The notes below the pieces were generated by a model. The model saw only the letters and a list, made by a program, of their open reading frames with translations. It had not been told where the DNA came from and searched no databases. 64,000 bases of DNA, taken from Candidatus Coprenecus pullicola. Lineage in GTDB: Bacteria; Bacteroidota; Bacteroidia; Bacteroidales; UBA932. Positions 27,676 to 37,265 of this stretch are shown one piece after another. Numbering within the stretch: position 1 is the first letter of the stretch; every line of letters starts with the position of its first letter. A program made the translations under genes and the position numbers. Where the stretch lies: assembly GCA_018711925.1 (NCBI GenBank), contig DVHR01000001.1, positions 47 through 64,046 of the forward strand. Direction: 5' to 3'.

Positions 27676-28959
27676 CTACTTGGTGACAGCTGACGACATG
27701 CTTGTCGGAGCCGCCTTTACCACAGTCATTACTTTACTGTCTTGCGTAGCGTAAGTTGTAGAGGTTTGAGTGAACGTTAAAGTTCCGGCAGGAATATAAG
27801 TAGGATAATCGCCATAATATATGCCTACACCTCCGTTATCAAATGAGAAAATATCTGCAGCCACAACGGAATACTGTACTTTGGAACTGCTCACAAGCTC
27901 GCGAGGAATGCTCGTCTTGGTATCAGGGTCTATGAGAAATGCGTACTCAGTACCGCTAAAGATAGTGACAACATCATCTTCCTCATTCCAGCATATAGGC
28001 GCACATAGCATATCATTGCCATTTGCGTCCTGAGCTACGGCCATATCACCGGTCACAATGCCAAGACACCGCTTTCCATCCTCGCTCTCCTTTATGGTAG
28101 CCCAAAGAGAATACTCTGACAGAGGAGACAATCCGCTTATCCACACATAGTTCTCGTTGGTGGACGGCTGTATGGTAACTGGAATTTCGTCGGCATAGCC
28201 AGTTTTGTCAAATTCGAACACTATCTGATTGTTCGAATTGTAGTCAACGACAACCCTCGCCGTACATCCTACAGTGTAGGTTCCCAACCACGATCTGAGT
28301 TCCTCTATCGGATCCACGATTTCGTGCTGAACAGTGAACGAGCACTCTCCAGGAAGTGATTCGCGATATTCGGCTGAGCCTTCTTCAGGCTGGGCGATTA
28401 CACTCACAGTATGAGTGGTGGCAGTAAGGTCGGAAGTCTGGTATGTGACAGACGTCTCCGTGGTAGTCTCCCATTCGCCTGAATCGAGGGAGTAAATGTA
28501 AGATGCGGCATGCTCAATGCTGGACCAGCTGACAACAACCCCTCCTTTACCGTCACTATTAGCGGTCACTTCCGGAGTCTCCAGTCTTTGAGGCTCTACC
28601 TGAGCGGTCACTGTGAAAGTGTATGAGCCGGGTTGCGAGGCGGTGTACTGATCAGCGGCATCCAGGGCCGGATTGGCAATGACATAGACCGTATGCTCGC
28701 CTTCAGCCAGATCAGAGGTGCTGACGGTTACCGATGTCTGGTCTGTGGTTCTCGCGGCGTTGCTGTCAATGTTCCAGCTGTAAGTCGCCGCATTGGGGAT
28801 TTCTGTCCAAGATACCGTAACATTGTCTCCATTGACGGTGGCCGACACCTCCGGAGTAGCAAGAGCCACTGCATCGGCAGGGCCGTTCTGTTCCTGGCAG
28901 GAGAACGCAACGGCAACTGCCGCTGATACTGCAAAAACACGCAGATATAAATAGTTCAT
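27676..28959 (-). CDS. Lipoprotein with two Fn3-like domains (unknown function)
   Basis: 427 aa. Lipobox AFSC. The duplicated block is PEV(S/T)A...V(T/V)VSW(T/S)...A(T/S)Y...TSDL...HTV(Y/S)VIA. Confidence 0.7.
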   Translation of the reverse strand: MNYLYLRVFAVSAAVAVAFSCQEQNGPADAVALATPEVSATVNGDNVTVSWTEIPNAATYSWNIDSNAARTTDQTSVTVSTSDLAEGEHTVYVIANPALDAADQYTASQPGSYTFTVTAQVEPQRLETPEVTANSDGKGGVVVSWSSIEHAASYIYSLDSGEWETTTETSVTYQTSDLTATTHTVSVIAQPEEGSAEYRESLPGECSFTVQHEIVDPIEELRSWLGTYTVGCTARVVVDYNSNNQIVFEFDKTGYADEIPVTIQPSTNENYVWISGLSPLSEYSLWATIKESEDGKRCLGIVTGDMAVAQDANGNDMLCAPICWNEEDDVVTIFSGTEYAFLIDPDTKTSIPRELVSSSKVQYSVVAADIFSFDNGGVGIYYGDYPTYIPAGTLTFTQTSTTYATQDSKVMTVVKAAPTSMSSAVTK

Positions 28960-28992
28960 TTTAAAATGATGAAAATAAAGTTCTTAAATAAA

Positions 28993-30399
28993 TTAGTCCT
29001 CGTATGCGTAATTGACAAGGGTGTTGATCGGAATGTTGACAGCATTGTCCACAACCGCACCGAAATCCCCGTAGAGGACATTCGCAACGCTACCGGTGTA
29101 AGTTCCACTGTAGGTTGTGTAGACAACTACGTGCAGGTTGTCGGTGTTTTCTACTGAAGACGGAACGCGTACTTTCAGCTGGGTCACGTAAGTGCCGTTG
29201 GCCTCCAGCGAGACGTTGTCTCCCATAAGGTTGTCGGTCATCTCTATACGAATCACGTTATTGTGGACATAATCCTCGCTGCCTCCCAGCTGGTAGTACA
29301 CCAGGCCGTCCTCAAGCAGGAAGGCGTGCAGCGCATACAGACCCGCCTCCTTCGAGGCTATGCTGATGTCCGCATAGACAGTGTCATTCTCCAACCGGGT
29401 CACTCCACCGATAACAGTATTGGAAGGCAACTCACGGACAGCCTCCTCGGCCAATCCGCTAAACTCATCAGTCATAATGGTCGGATTGGTGTTGTTGGCT
29501 ATTTCTCCGTAATAGTTGACAAATCCCCTCGGATAGCTGGCTACTCCAAACATGGCAATGAAGGCATTGCAGTTAGAGTACGCGAGGCTTGTATTCCCGT
29601 TGAGGGCGAAAGTGTGCATATTCATGGGAATGATATGATCGGCCACATTTCTCTCAGCTTCCTCAAGAGCCTGGTTCATAGTAGGACAGTTCACACACCC
29701 CGTACTTGTGAAACGGATAGCAAGGGAGCGTCTCACGAAAGTGCGGCTGTAGTCAGCGACAAGCGAGCCTATCTGCTCCACGGTAATGGTCGCGGTAGTC
29801 ACGCCGTCCTCGCCCGTAAGGGTGATGTGGCCTTCTCTGATCTCGCCGTCATTGCCCTGTATGGACAGATTGACTACGGATGTCATGTACTTGGAGTAAG
29901 TATGGTTGTCCTCCAGAAGCGTGGAGTCATATTGGATACCGGTAACCGTCAGCCAGTCCACGTCCGGCACGGCCTCGTACTTCACATTTCCCTCCACGGG
30001 GAAGGCAAAAGTCTGCTCCGTAGATGTTACGGTATAGCTGTCAGGGGATATGCTAAAGCCGGGGGTACCGTCCTGGAACACGTAGTACAGGGTCTCGGTG
30101 CCGTTGACTGTCACGGCGAAATTTCCGGCTCTTTCCTTTAGTCCGGAATTTGTTTCCAGAATGGAGATAGTCAGATTGGCCGTCCCCGCGCTGCCTCTCA
30201 TCGGTGTCACTACAAACCATGACGCCCGGTTCTCCAGAGTCCAGTCGGAGTCAAACTCGAGCGAGGTCTGGACTGTTGTCACCTCGTTCGGAACTGAAAT
30301 GGAATTGCCTATGATGGCATCAGGCCCGTCCTCTCCCGGTTTGCAGGAGAGGATGAAAGCCATACCAAGAACTATAAATAATATTTTTGAGAATTTCAT
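28993..30399 (-). CDS. Lipoprotein with an N-terminal BACON-like domain and an Omp28-related thioredoxin-like region
   Basis: 468 aa. Lipobox ILSC. BACON-like WTLENRASWFVVTPMRGSAGTANLTISI. FTSTGCVNCP resembles the CxxC segment of Omp28-related proteins. The family call is from memory. Confidence 0.65.
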   Translation of the reverse strand: MKFSKILFIVLGMAFILSCKPGEDGPDAIIGNSISVPNEVTTVQTSLEFDSDWTLENRASWFVVTPMRGSAGTANLTISILETNSGLKERAGNFAVTVNGTETLYYVFQDGTPGFSISPDSYTVTSTEQTFAFPVEGNVKYEAVPDVDWLTVTGIQYDSTLLEDNHTYSKYMTSVVNLSIQGNDGEIREGHITLTGEDGVTTATITVEQIGSLVADYSRTFVRRSLAIRFTSTGCVNCPTMNQALEEAERNVADHIIPMNMHTFALNGNTSLAYSNCNAFIAMFGVASYPRGFVNYYGEIANNTNPTIMTDEFSGLAEEAVRELPSNTVIGGVTRLENDTVYADISIASKEAGLYALHAFLLEDGLVYYQLGGSEDYVHNNVIRIEMTDNLMGDNVSLEANGTYVTQLKVRVPSSVENTDNLHVVVYTTYSGTYTGSVANVLYGDFGAVVDNAVNIPINTLVNYAYED

Positions 30400-30417
30400 A
30401 CTACAATATATGATTGA

Positions 30418-31953
30418 TTATTGCAACTGACCAGTATATGAGCCAGTAAATCTATGTCCCAAATCGTCACGCAAGTCGAAGGAGACTGTTCGATCTCCGT
30501 TCTCCTCAGTGGAAACCGTTACTGTACCGCTCGCGGCCGGAGCATTGATACGTTCTGAAGCACCAGGTTCCTTTATTATAAGATATGTTCCATCTGCGTA
30601 GTCAATAAAAGTGCCAGACTCCAATTCCTTACCTACGGTATAGGTTCCGTCAGGGAGCACTCCGTTATTGTTATCAATGAAGAACGTAGCACGGAACTCA
30701 TCACCTTTTTTGAAACCAGCGTTATCTCCCTTTTCTGCTATGTTTATTCTCATCTCCGGATCGTTAGCCCAGGTTGAAAGCGTGAAAGTCGTCCCGAATT
30801 CAGTAGTATTGAATGTGACATTGAGGATATCTCCGGTCATGTTAGAGCCAATGGTGGAAGAAGGCGCAGTGATCTTTCCCGCATATGAGCCGGAAAGAGT
30901 GTAGTACTGGTTGATGACGAAGTTAAAAGAGATGTTGTCTGCGGCTATCTCCATCGAGCCGCCTTCTACTGCACCCAGATTGGAGTCGTCAACTTGCACG
31001 AATGTGAATTGACCGCCGCCAGAAGACACATTTCCTGCGATGATGTCGAAAGCCTCGGAGTTGCCTGTAGACACTACATTGTAGGTTCCAGTGGCCGGGC
31101 TTCCGTCTACAAGATCGGCATAGAATACGGTGGTCAACTCGGCTCCCTCATCGGTTGTGAAAGTTGTAACGAACCTGTTCACACCATTGTCACTCTCCGA
31201 GACGCCATCTATACTGACAGAGGTAAATGTGAGCTCGATATCCTCGTCTATCTGATACTCGAACAGCGTAGTGGGGAATTCGGACTGTACCTCGCTGTAT
31301 GCAGATCCGCTCTGGGCGGCCATGGCGAGAATATACGAGGTATTGGGCGTCAGGTCCTCTACTACCACTTCGCTCTGGCTCAGGTCAACCTGAGTTCCGG
31401 TCTGCAGTATCTCATCGGCATGAGGTATGGCCTCGCTTCTGCCGACTACCACGTAGGCGATAGCCTCAGCATCCTCCTGGGTATATGTGAAAGTGAGACC
31501 GTCTCTCTTTGGCCTTACACTTTCGATGGCTACCGTGGGGATAATCACCTCGTCACCGCCCTCTGCCAGAGTTGTGACCTCAAGCGTAGCCACGCTGCTG
31601 TAGAGGTCGCCATTGGCGGCTGCAGCAGCCAGAACATACGATGTCTCAGGCGTGAGACCGTCAGCGGTATAGGTTGCAGACTCCGTTCCGGCCGAATGTC
31701 CGGAAGCCAGTATCTCCTCAGCTGTGGGAACTGTCTCTCCGGTCTCCATGATCTGCCATGCCACGCTCTCCGCATTGGCCGGGGTCAACGTGAAGTCGAT
31801 AGCTGTCTCACGGGCCTCGCTGAGGGAGATCGAGATGGTAGGCACTACCGGAGTATCAGGAGTATCAGGTGTCTCCGGATTCTTCTCCTCGCAAGAGTAC
31901 AAAGACAGGCATGCAAGGCCTGCCATGATTGCTGAAATATAATAAGTTTTCAT
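30418..31953 (-). CDS. Lipoprotein with repeated Fn3-like domains (paralog of 11793-13730)
   Basis: 511 aa. Lipobox LYSC followed by EEKNPETPD. DGLTPETSYVLAAAAANGDLYSSVATLEVTTL mirrors the motif in the 645-aa protein. Confidence 0.75.
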   Translation of the reverse strand: MKTYYISAIMAGLACLSLYSCEEKNPETPDTPDTPVVPTISISLSEARETAIDFTLTPANAESVAWQIMETGETVPTAEEILASGHSAGTESATYTADGLTPETSYVLAAAAANGDLYSSVATLEVTTLAEGGDEVIIPTVAIESVRPKRDGLTFTYTQEDAEAIAYVVVGRSEAIPHADEILQTGTQVDLSQSEVVVEDLTPNTSYILAMAAQSGSAYSEVQSEFPTTLFEYQIDEDIELTFTSVSIDGVSESDNGVNRFVTTFTTDEGAELTTVFYADLVDGSPATGTYNVVSTGNSEAFDIIAGNVSSGGGQFTFVQVDDSNLGAVEGGSMEIAADNISFNFVINQYYTLSGSYAGKITAPSSTIGSNMTGDILNVTFNTTEFGTTFTLSTWANDPEMRINIAEKGDNAGFKKGDEFRATFFIDNNNGVLPDGTYTVGKELESGTFIDYADGTYLIIKEPGASERINAPAASGTVTVSTEENGDRTVSFDLRDDLGHRFTGSYTGQLQ

Positions 31954-31982
31954 TGGTTATTCAGTTTTCAATCGATTATTTG

Positions 31983-32819
31983 TCAACCGTTGATGTACAT
32001 ATAGTCCTCAATGCTGCCGGAGAAGAACAGTCCATAGCTCCGACCGTCCGAGCATGTCACCTCGGCTTCCAACTGTATCTCGTTGTTGCCGAGATCGGTG
32101 ATGATGACAGTACCGTCAGTGATAGCATAGCGGGGATTGTAACCGTAATTCTCCGCAGCGATACCGTAGAAAGAGGTCTGGCAGAATGTACCCGGCTCCA
32201 TAGTGGCCTGAGGATCGTAGGTATATGTACCTGCGGGCAGGGTGACAAGTCTCCTGTAAGTGTTGCCGTTCTGCTGGAACTCCTCTGTAACAGGCTCCTC
32301 GCTTGAGTAGAAGTTGATATTGAGACCTTCGGAGCCTACCACCCAAAGTCCATTCGTGGATACCCATGTATAATAGGACTTATCGGATGTATAGTACTCG
32401 CCCGTACATGACTTTGCATCGATGAACACATCTGTATTCTGGCCGTCCTGATGCACGAAGGCTGTGTCGAGCAGGAATCCGGTACTGTAGTCATATCTGA
32501 TGACGACAGTATCCGTGCGTTCATGCGACGGGTTGGCCTCTATGTCGAACGACAGGGTGTTGGTGGCAATGTCATCACCAGTGAAAGTAATCCAGTCCGA
32601 AGAAGTTATAAAGAAGTCTCCGTCGTTTTCGGGGCGGTTAACGAACTGGTAGGTCATGGAAATAGTACCACCGTCCTGAGGGACGTCGAAGTAATCGGTG
32701 TTCAGCTGGAATGCGGAGTCTCCGTTGCCATTGCCGTTGCCTCCGCCTGTCTGCTGTTCACAAGCAGCCGCCAGTATCATGACTGCAGCCGCTGAAAATA
32801 GAATAAACTTGCTCTTCAT
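31983..32819 (-). CDS. Lipoprotein with a BACON-like N-terminal domain (first gene of operon II)
   Basis: 278 aa counted from MKSKFILFSAAAVMILAAAC (the track start at 32957 adds 46 non-signal residues). YFDVPQDGGTISMTYQF parallels 13745-14734. Confidence 0.7.
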   Translation of the reverse strand: MKSKFILFSAAAVMILAAACEQQTGGGNGNGNGDSAFQLNTDYFDVPQDGGTISMTYQFVNRPENDGDFFITSSDWITFTGDDIATNTLSFDIEANPSHERTDTVVIRYDYSTGFLLDTAFVHQDGQNTDVFIDAKSCTGEYYTSDKSYYTWVSTNGLWVVGSEGLNINFYSSEEPVTEEFQQNGNTYRRLVTLPAGTYTYDPQATMEPGTFCQTSFYGIAAENYGYNPRYAITDGTVIITDLGNNEIQLEAEVTCSDGRSYGLFFSGSIEDYMYING

Positions 32820-32852
32820 CTTGATTGATTTAATAGTACGTTTAAAACGGTG

Positions 32853-32860
32853 CAAATTTA
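32853..32860 (-). promoter_or_regulatory. Candidate -7 box TAaaTTTG for lipoprotein operon II
   Basis: The minus strand reads TAAATTTG, 34 nt upstream of the ATG at 32819. Confidence 0.45.
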
Positions 32861-33010
32861 ATGCAAAAAATTCAGATTGTGACAACTCTGTGACAAAAAA
32901 CGCACGGCAAAATAAACGTAGATTTAAATTGCTGTTCCATCCAGAGACACACAGCAACTGGGTAATTGCATGACCTACATGTAGGTAACTGCGCTGTCAG
33001 TGACTGAATG

Positions 33011-33847
33011 TCAGTCCCGGCGCATGTACAGAGACAGTCTTCTGGCCTGCATTCCGGACAGTATGCCGTTCTCGACTATGGCCTGCAATGAGAAAACGCT
33101 GTCAGGGACAGTGCGGCGGAAGCGGTCTATGCCTTTTGCGGCATACGGGCCTATATAAGGGTGTGACGCCATGGAGTCAACGGACATGGTGCGCAGGTCC
33201 AGTCTCCGGACGGATGCCGGCTCTATAAACACATAGTCGCAAAGACGGTTGAGACGTGCAGTGTCGAATCCGCGGATATCCAGCAGCTGACTGACGTCCG
33301 CGTAACTCCCGAGGCGCTCGCGGTAACTCAATATCTGCTTTGCGTACCACGGTCCTATTCCAGGCAGCGCATCCAGAGCCGCGCTGTCGGCGGAGTTAAG
33401 TTCCACCATATCCCATTTCCATCCGTCGTAATCGTATTCATACCGCCGGCTCTCTGTCCCAGTTGCGGACACATCTCCGACAGATGCCGCGGCTCCGGTT
33501 CCAGCAGCATCCGCAGGTCCGTCTTGCGGCACTTTGTTCTTATCCACGGAGCCTGTGCTTCCGTACTGTCCCGTAGCTGCCACTGCATTCCGGCCGCCTG
33601 ACTCAGCACCTTGCCGCTCATTAACAGACGGATAACGGACGATGCCGGCAGTGTCGGATGAAGGCGGCCTGCCCTGGGTGGGAACTGTCCCTGATGCTGT
33701 GCCTGTCTCGGCACGCCTGCTATTAATAATAAGGTGTCTGGTGAAAAATACAGCCTGGGCCGCCAGAATCAGGAACACCAGGATGATGACTCCGTTGGAG
33801 AAAAGACGCTCAGTCCTCCCTTTCCTCTTTTTCTCTTCTTCCCACAT
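33011..33847 (-). CDS. ComEA-like helix-hairpin-helix DNA-binding protein with an N-terminal TM segment
   Basis: 278 aa. TM segment VIILVFLILAAQAVFF, a low-complexity linker, and HhH motifs LNSADSAALDALPGIGPWYAKQIL and a second HhH. It overlaps the rsmI 3' end by 38 nt. Confidence 0.65.
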   Translation of the reverse strand: MWEEEKKRKGRTERLFSNGVIILVFLILAAQAVFFTRHLIINSRRAETGTASGTVPTQGRPPSSDTAGIVRYPSVNERQGAESGGRNAVAATGQYGSTGSVDKNKVPQDGPADAAGTGAAASVGDVSATGTESRRYEYDYDGWKWDMVELNSADSAALDALPGIGPWYAKQILSYRERLGSYADVSQLLDIRGFDTARLNRLCDYVFIEPASVRRLDLRTMSVDSMASHPYIGPYAAKGIDRFRRTVPDSVFSLQAIVENGILSGMQARRLSLYMRRD

Positions 33848-34520
33848 ATGCTTTCCCTTCTACTGTTAGTACTATCTCCCCTTTGGGCGGGTTGTCCGTG
33901 AACCACGAGGCCAGCTCTGAGAGCGTCCCCCTGCGGGTCTCCTCGTGGACTTTGCTGATCTCGCGGGAGACCGACGCCCTGCGCTCCGGCCCGAAATACC
34001 CGCACATCTGCGACAAAGTCCTGGCCAGCCGGTAGGGCGACTCGTAGAATATCATGGTGCGGCCTTCGGAGGCGAGCTCTGTCAGACGGGTCTGACGGCC
34101 CTTCTTTACCGGCAGGAAACCCTCGAACGAGAACCTGTCGGCCGGTAGTCCCGAGTCTATAAGAGCCGGTACGAAGGCCGTGGCTCCGGGCAGAGTAATG
34201 ACATCTATACCTTCTTCAGCGCATGCACGGGCCAGCATGAATCCAGGATCGGAAATGCCCGGGGTACCGGCGTCCGACACCAATGCTATGTCCATACCTG
34301 AGAGGAGCTTTTCGCAGACTGGGCGGATACGGGCGTGCTCGTTGAACTTGTGGTGCGCCTCCGTAGGCTTTGATATCCCGTAGTGCTTCAGAAGCACGGA
34401 TGTGGTCCTGGTGTCCTCGGCCAGGATGAGGTCCACCTGTTTCAGAACCGCGATGGCTCTGAAAGTCATGTCTTCCAGATTGCCCACAGGAGTGGGTACG
34501 ATATAAAGCTTGCCGGCCAT
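33810..34520 (-). CDS. rsmI: 16S rRNA (cytidine1402-2'-O)-methyltransferase
   Basis: 236 aa counted from MAGKLYIVPTPVGNLEDMTFRA (the track start at 34619 is 33 codons upstream). AEDTR and SDAGTPGISDPG motifs are present. Confidence 0.85.
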   Translation of the reverse strand: MAGKLYIVPTPVGNLEDMTFRAIAVLKQVDLILAEDTRTTSVLLKHYGISKPTEAHHKFNEHARIRPVCEKLLSGMDIALVSDAGTPGISDPGFMLARACAEEGIDVITLPGATAFVPALIDSGLPADRFSFEGFLPVKKGRQTRLTELASEGRTMIFYESPYRLARTLSQMCGYFGPERRASVSREISKVHEETRRGTLSELASWFTDNPPKGEIVLTVEGKAYVGRREKEERED

Positions 34521-34543
34521 GACGGTAAAATGGTATAAAATGT

Positions 34544-34551
34544 TAATTTTG
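34544..34551 (+). promoter_or_regulatory. Candidate -7 box TAatTTTG for tdk
   Basis: Exact TAnnTTTG match, 50 nt upstream of the ATG at 34601, in the rsmI/tdk divergent region. Confidence 0.4.
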
Positions 34552-34600
34552 CACTTCGGATGCCGGGACGACTGCATCCGCAAAGGACAAAAGTAAGAAA

Positions 34601-35173
34601 ATGTTTTCAGAATACGCAAAAAAACCGGGATGGATAGAAGTAATCTGCGGCTCGATGTTCTCGGGCAAGACCGAGGAGCTTATACGCCGTCTGAAGCGGG
34701 CCAAGTTCGCCAATCAGCGGGTAGAGATATTCAAGCCCGGCATAGATACCAGATACTCAGTGCAGGAAGTAGTCTCACACGATGCCACTGCCATACTTTC
34801 CACACCGGTGGAGTCTTCGGCCAGTATCCTGCTGCTCTCCGGAGACGTGGACGTGGTGGGCATAGATGAGGCCCAGTTCTTCGACGACGGCATAGTGGAC
34901 GTGTGCCGCCAGCTTGCATCCTCGGGCATAAGAGTCATAGCCGCCGGCCTGGACATGGACTACCAGGGAAAACCGTTCGGCCCCATGCCGGCTCTTATGG
35001 CCGTGGCCGAATACGTGGACAAGGTACATGCCATCTGTGTCAGATGCGGTGATCCCGCACTGCACTCCCACCGGCTGAGCACAAGCGACCGCCTGGTGGA
35101 ACTCGGGGAGAAGGATATCTACGAGCCTCTCTGCCGCCATTGCTTCAATAAATGCATGGAGAATTCTGATTAA
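34601..35173 (+). CDS. tdk: Thymidine kinase
   Basis: 190 aa. P-loop [20 protein letters not shown], and a zinc ribbon CVRCG...CRHC. Confidence 0.9.
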   Translation: MFSEYAKKPGWIEVICGSMFSGKTEELIRRLKRAKFANQRVEIFKPGIDTRYSVQEVVSHDATAILSTPVESSASILLLSGDVDVVGIDEAQFFDDGIVDVCRQLASSGIRVIAAGLDMDYQGKPFGPMPALMAVAEYVDKVHAICVRCGDPALHSHRLSTSDRLVELGEKDIYEPLCRHCFNKCMENSD

Positions 35174-35198
35174 CCCTATGCTAATTCCGAATTTTCAT

Positions 35199-35206
35199 TA
35201 TTTTTG
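35199..35206 (+). promoter_or_regulatory. Candidate -7 box TAttTTTG
   Basis: Exact TAnnTTTG match, 26 nt upstream of the ATG at 35232. Confidence 0.4.
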
Positions 35207-35231
35207 CATCCGTGACTATTCTTACATTTGA

Positions 35232-36536
35232 ATGGAAATTTTTATAATTCTACTTCTTATTCTACTCAACGGCCTCTTCTCCATGAGTGAGGTTGCTCTG
35301 ATAAGCGCAAGAAAATCAAGCCTTACAGCCGATGCCAAAAGGGGCAGCCGCTCCGCCAAAAATGTTCTCAATCTTACTGAAAGACCCAATAAGTTCCTGT
35401 CTACAGTGCAGATAGGGATAACTCTCATCGGTATTCTCACCGGTATCTATTCGGGAGCCTCGATAGCTGACAAGTTCTCCGACATACTTGAGGGCTGGGG
35501 GCTGGCGGAAAGTGTGGCCCAGCCTCTTGCGCAGGTATCCATAGTTATCATCGTGACATATCTGACCATTGTTCTCGGCGAGCTGGTTCCCAAACGTCTG
35601 GGCATGGGCTCTCCGGAGAGCATCGCCAAGGTAATGTCCGGACCTATGCTGGTCCTCTCATGGATAGCTACGCCGTTCGTGTGGATACTGGACAAGAGCA
35701 CGTCCCTGTTCGTCAAGGCTTTCCATGTGGAGGAGAAAGAAGCCAAGGTGACTGAGGAGGAGATCAAGTCGATGGTGGCCGAGGGCAAGGAGGACGGAGA
35801 GGTACAGGATGTGGAACAGGATATCGTAGAAAGAGTGTTCTCTCTGGGCGACAGAAAGATAGAGTCCATCATGACCAGCCGCAACGAGATAGTGTGGATA
35901 GACAAGGAGATGACCAGGGAGGACATCAATACTACTGTGCAGGAGAATCTCTTTGAGGTATATCCCGTGGGCGACGGCAGTCTCGATGAGATAGTCGGGG
36001 TTGTCTACCTGAAGGATCTCTTCGGGAAGCTGGACAACGAGAAATTCTCCATAGATGACATCATACGCCCCGTACAGTATTTCCACGAGTACACGGACGT
36101 ATACAAGGTACTGGAGCAGATGAAGAAGGCTCACGTGACCTACGGTCTGGTCTGCGACGAGTTCGGTGTATGTCAGGGTATCGTGACATACAAGGACATA
36201 CTGGAAGGCCTGGTCGGCTCCATAGATGACGAGGAGGACGAGCCGGATATCATCGAGCGCCAGAACGGAGGCGGCTGGCTGGTGGACGGTCAGTGCCCTT
36301 TCTACGACTTCCTGGCCCATTTTGACATGGAGGAGCTGGCATCGGAAAACGATTACAATACGGTCGGTGGCCTGATTCTTGAATTACTTGAGCACATACC
36401 CAAGTCCGGGGAGTATGTGGAGTGGAACGGATTCCGTCTGGAGGTCGTGGATATGGACGGAGCGAGAATAGACAAAGTGCTTGTCAACAGAACGGTCTCT
36501 GAGCCCGAAGATGTTAAGGACGATAAAGAAAAATAG
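35232..36536 (+). CDS. CNNM/hemolysin-family membrane protein (DUF21-CBS-CorC)
   Basis: 434 aa with an N-terminal 4-TM DUF21 region (LSMSEVALISARKS), a CBS pair, and a CorC/HlyC C-terminal domain (GGLILELLEHIPKSGE). Confidence 0.85.
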   Translation: MEIFIILLLILLNGLFSMSEVALISARKSSLTADAKRGSRSAKNVLNLTERPNKFLSTVQIGITLIGILTGIYSGASIADKFSDILEGWGLAESVAQPLAQVSIVIIVTYLTIVLGELVPKRLGMGSPESIAKVMSGPMLVLSWIATPFVWILDKSTSLFVKAFHVEEKEAKVTEEEIKSMVAEGKEDGEVQDVEQDIVERVFSLGDRKIESIMTSRNEIVWIDKEMTREDINTTVQENLFEVYPVGDGSLDEIVGVVYLKDLFGKLDNEKFSIDDIIRPVQYFHEYTDVYKVLEQMKKAHVTYGLVCDEFGVCQGIVTYKDILEGLVGSIDDEEDEPDIIERQNGGGWLVDGQCPFYDFLAHFDMEELASENDYNTVGGLILELLEHIPKSGEYVEWNGFRLEVVDMDGARIDKVLVNRTVSEPEDVKDDKEK

Positions 36537-36543
36537 AACAAGT

Positions 36544-37251
36544 ATGGGAAATACAGCATTTTTACTTTCCATGATGTCCGCCGCTGTCATGATAACAGCC
36601 GGCGGATATTCTGTATCAGCACAGGATTATGACAAATCGGGATTCTGTCCCATAACCAAGGGTATGACTCTGGAGTATGCCAATTATGACGCGGACGGAC
36701 ATAAGACCGGGTCTTATGTAATGACTGTCAAGGCCGTATCGGGCACTTTGGAGAAGGGGACCGTGACTTTTGACCAGTATTTTTACGATGAGGACGGCCG
36801 ACCGCTTTTCGATGACAACGGCGGTAATCTTCCGATGGAGGTCACTGTCGGAGGCCCCGACGGCACTGTCTCGCGCATGAGCGACGTGGGGAAAGTAATG
36901 AAGGTGCAGGACATCATGTCCAAAGGAGATGCCAGCAGTGTGCCCTCGGGTCTGAAGGCCGGAATGACTATCCCTGATGGAAAGATAAAGGTCCAGATAG
37001 GCATGGTCTCCGCCAACATCCTTACTCAGAGCCGTCAGGTGGTGGAGCAGAGGAGCATCACCGTGCCGGCAGGAACATTCGACTGCTTCCTGCTCAAGGA
37101 GAACCAGGTGACAAAACAGCCCATAGGCTCCAGAACAGAGCGGATAGAGACATGGTATGCTCCTGGCATCGGCTGTGTCAAGCAGGCAGTCTACGACAAG
37201 AAAGGACGTCTGGACCATACCCAGGAGCTGGTATCCCTCCAATTTGAATAA
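36544..37251 (+). CDS. Secreted hypothetical protein
   Basis: 235 aa counted from MGNTAFLLSMMSAAVMITAGGYSVSAQ (signal peptide). It has a beta-rich composition. I recognised no motif. Confidence 0.55.
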   Translation: MGNTAFLLSMMSAAVMITAGGYSVSAQDYDKSGFCPITKGMTLEYANYDADGHKTGSYVMTVKAVSGTLEKGTVTFDQYFYDEDGRPLFDDNGGNLPMEVTVGGPDGTVSRMSDVGKVMKVQDIMSKGDASSVPSGLKAGMTIPDGKIKVQIGMVSANILTQSRQVVEQRSITVPAGTFDCFLLKENQVTKQPIGSRTERIETWYAPGIGCVKQAVYDKKGRLDHTQELVSLQFE

Positions 37252-37265
37252 TTTTCCTGAAAAAT

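Noticed and set aside
28138-28146. A perfect DnaA-box-like TTATCCACA might point to a replication origin.
   Set aside because: It is a single occurrence inside a lipoprotein coding sequence, with no box cluster, AT-rich unwinding element or dnaA/dnaN nearby.
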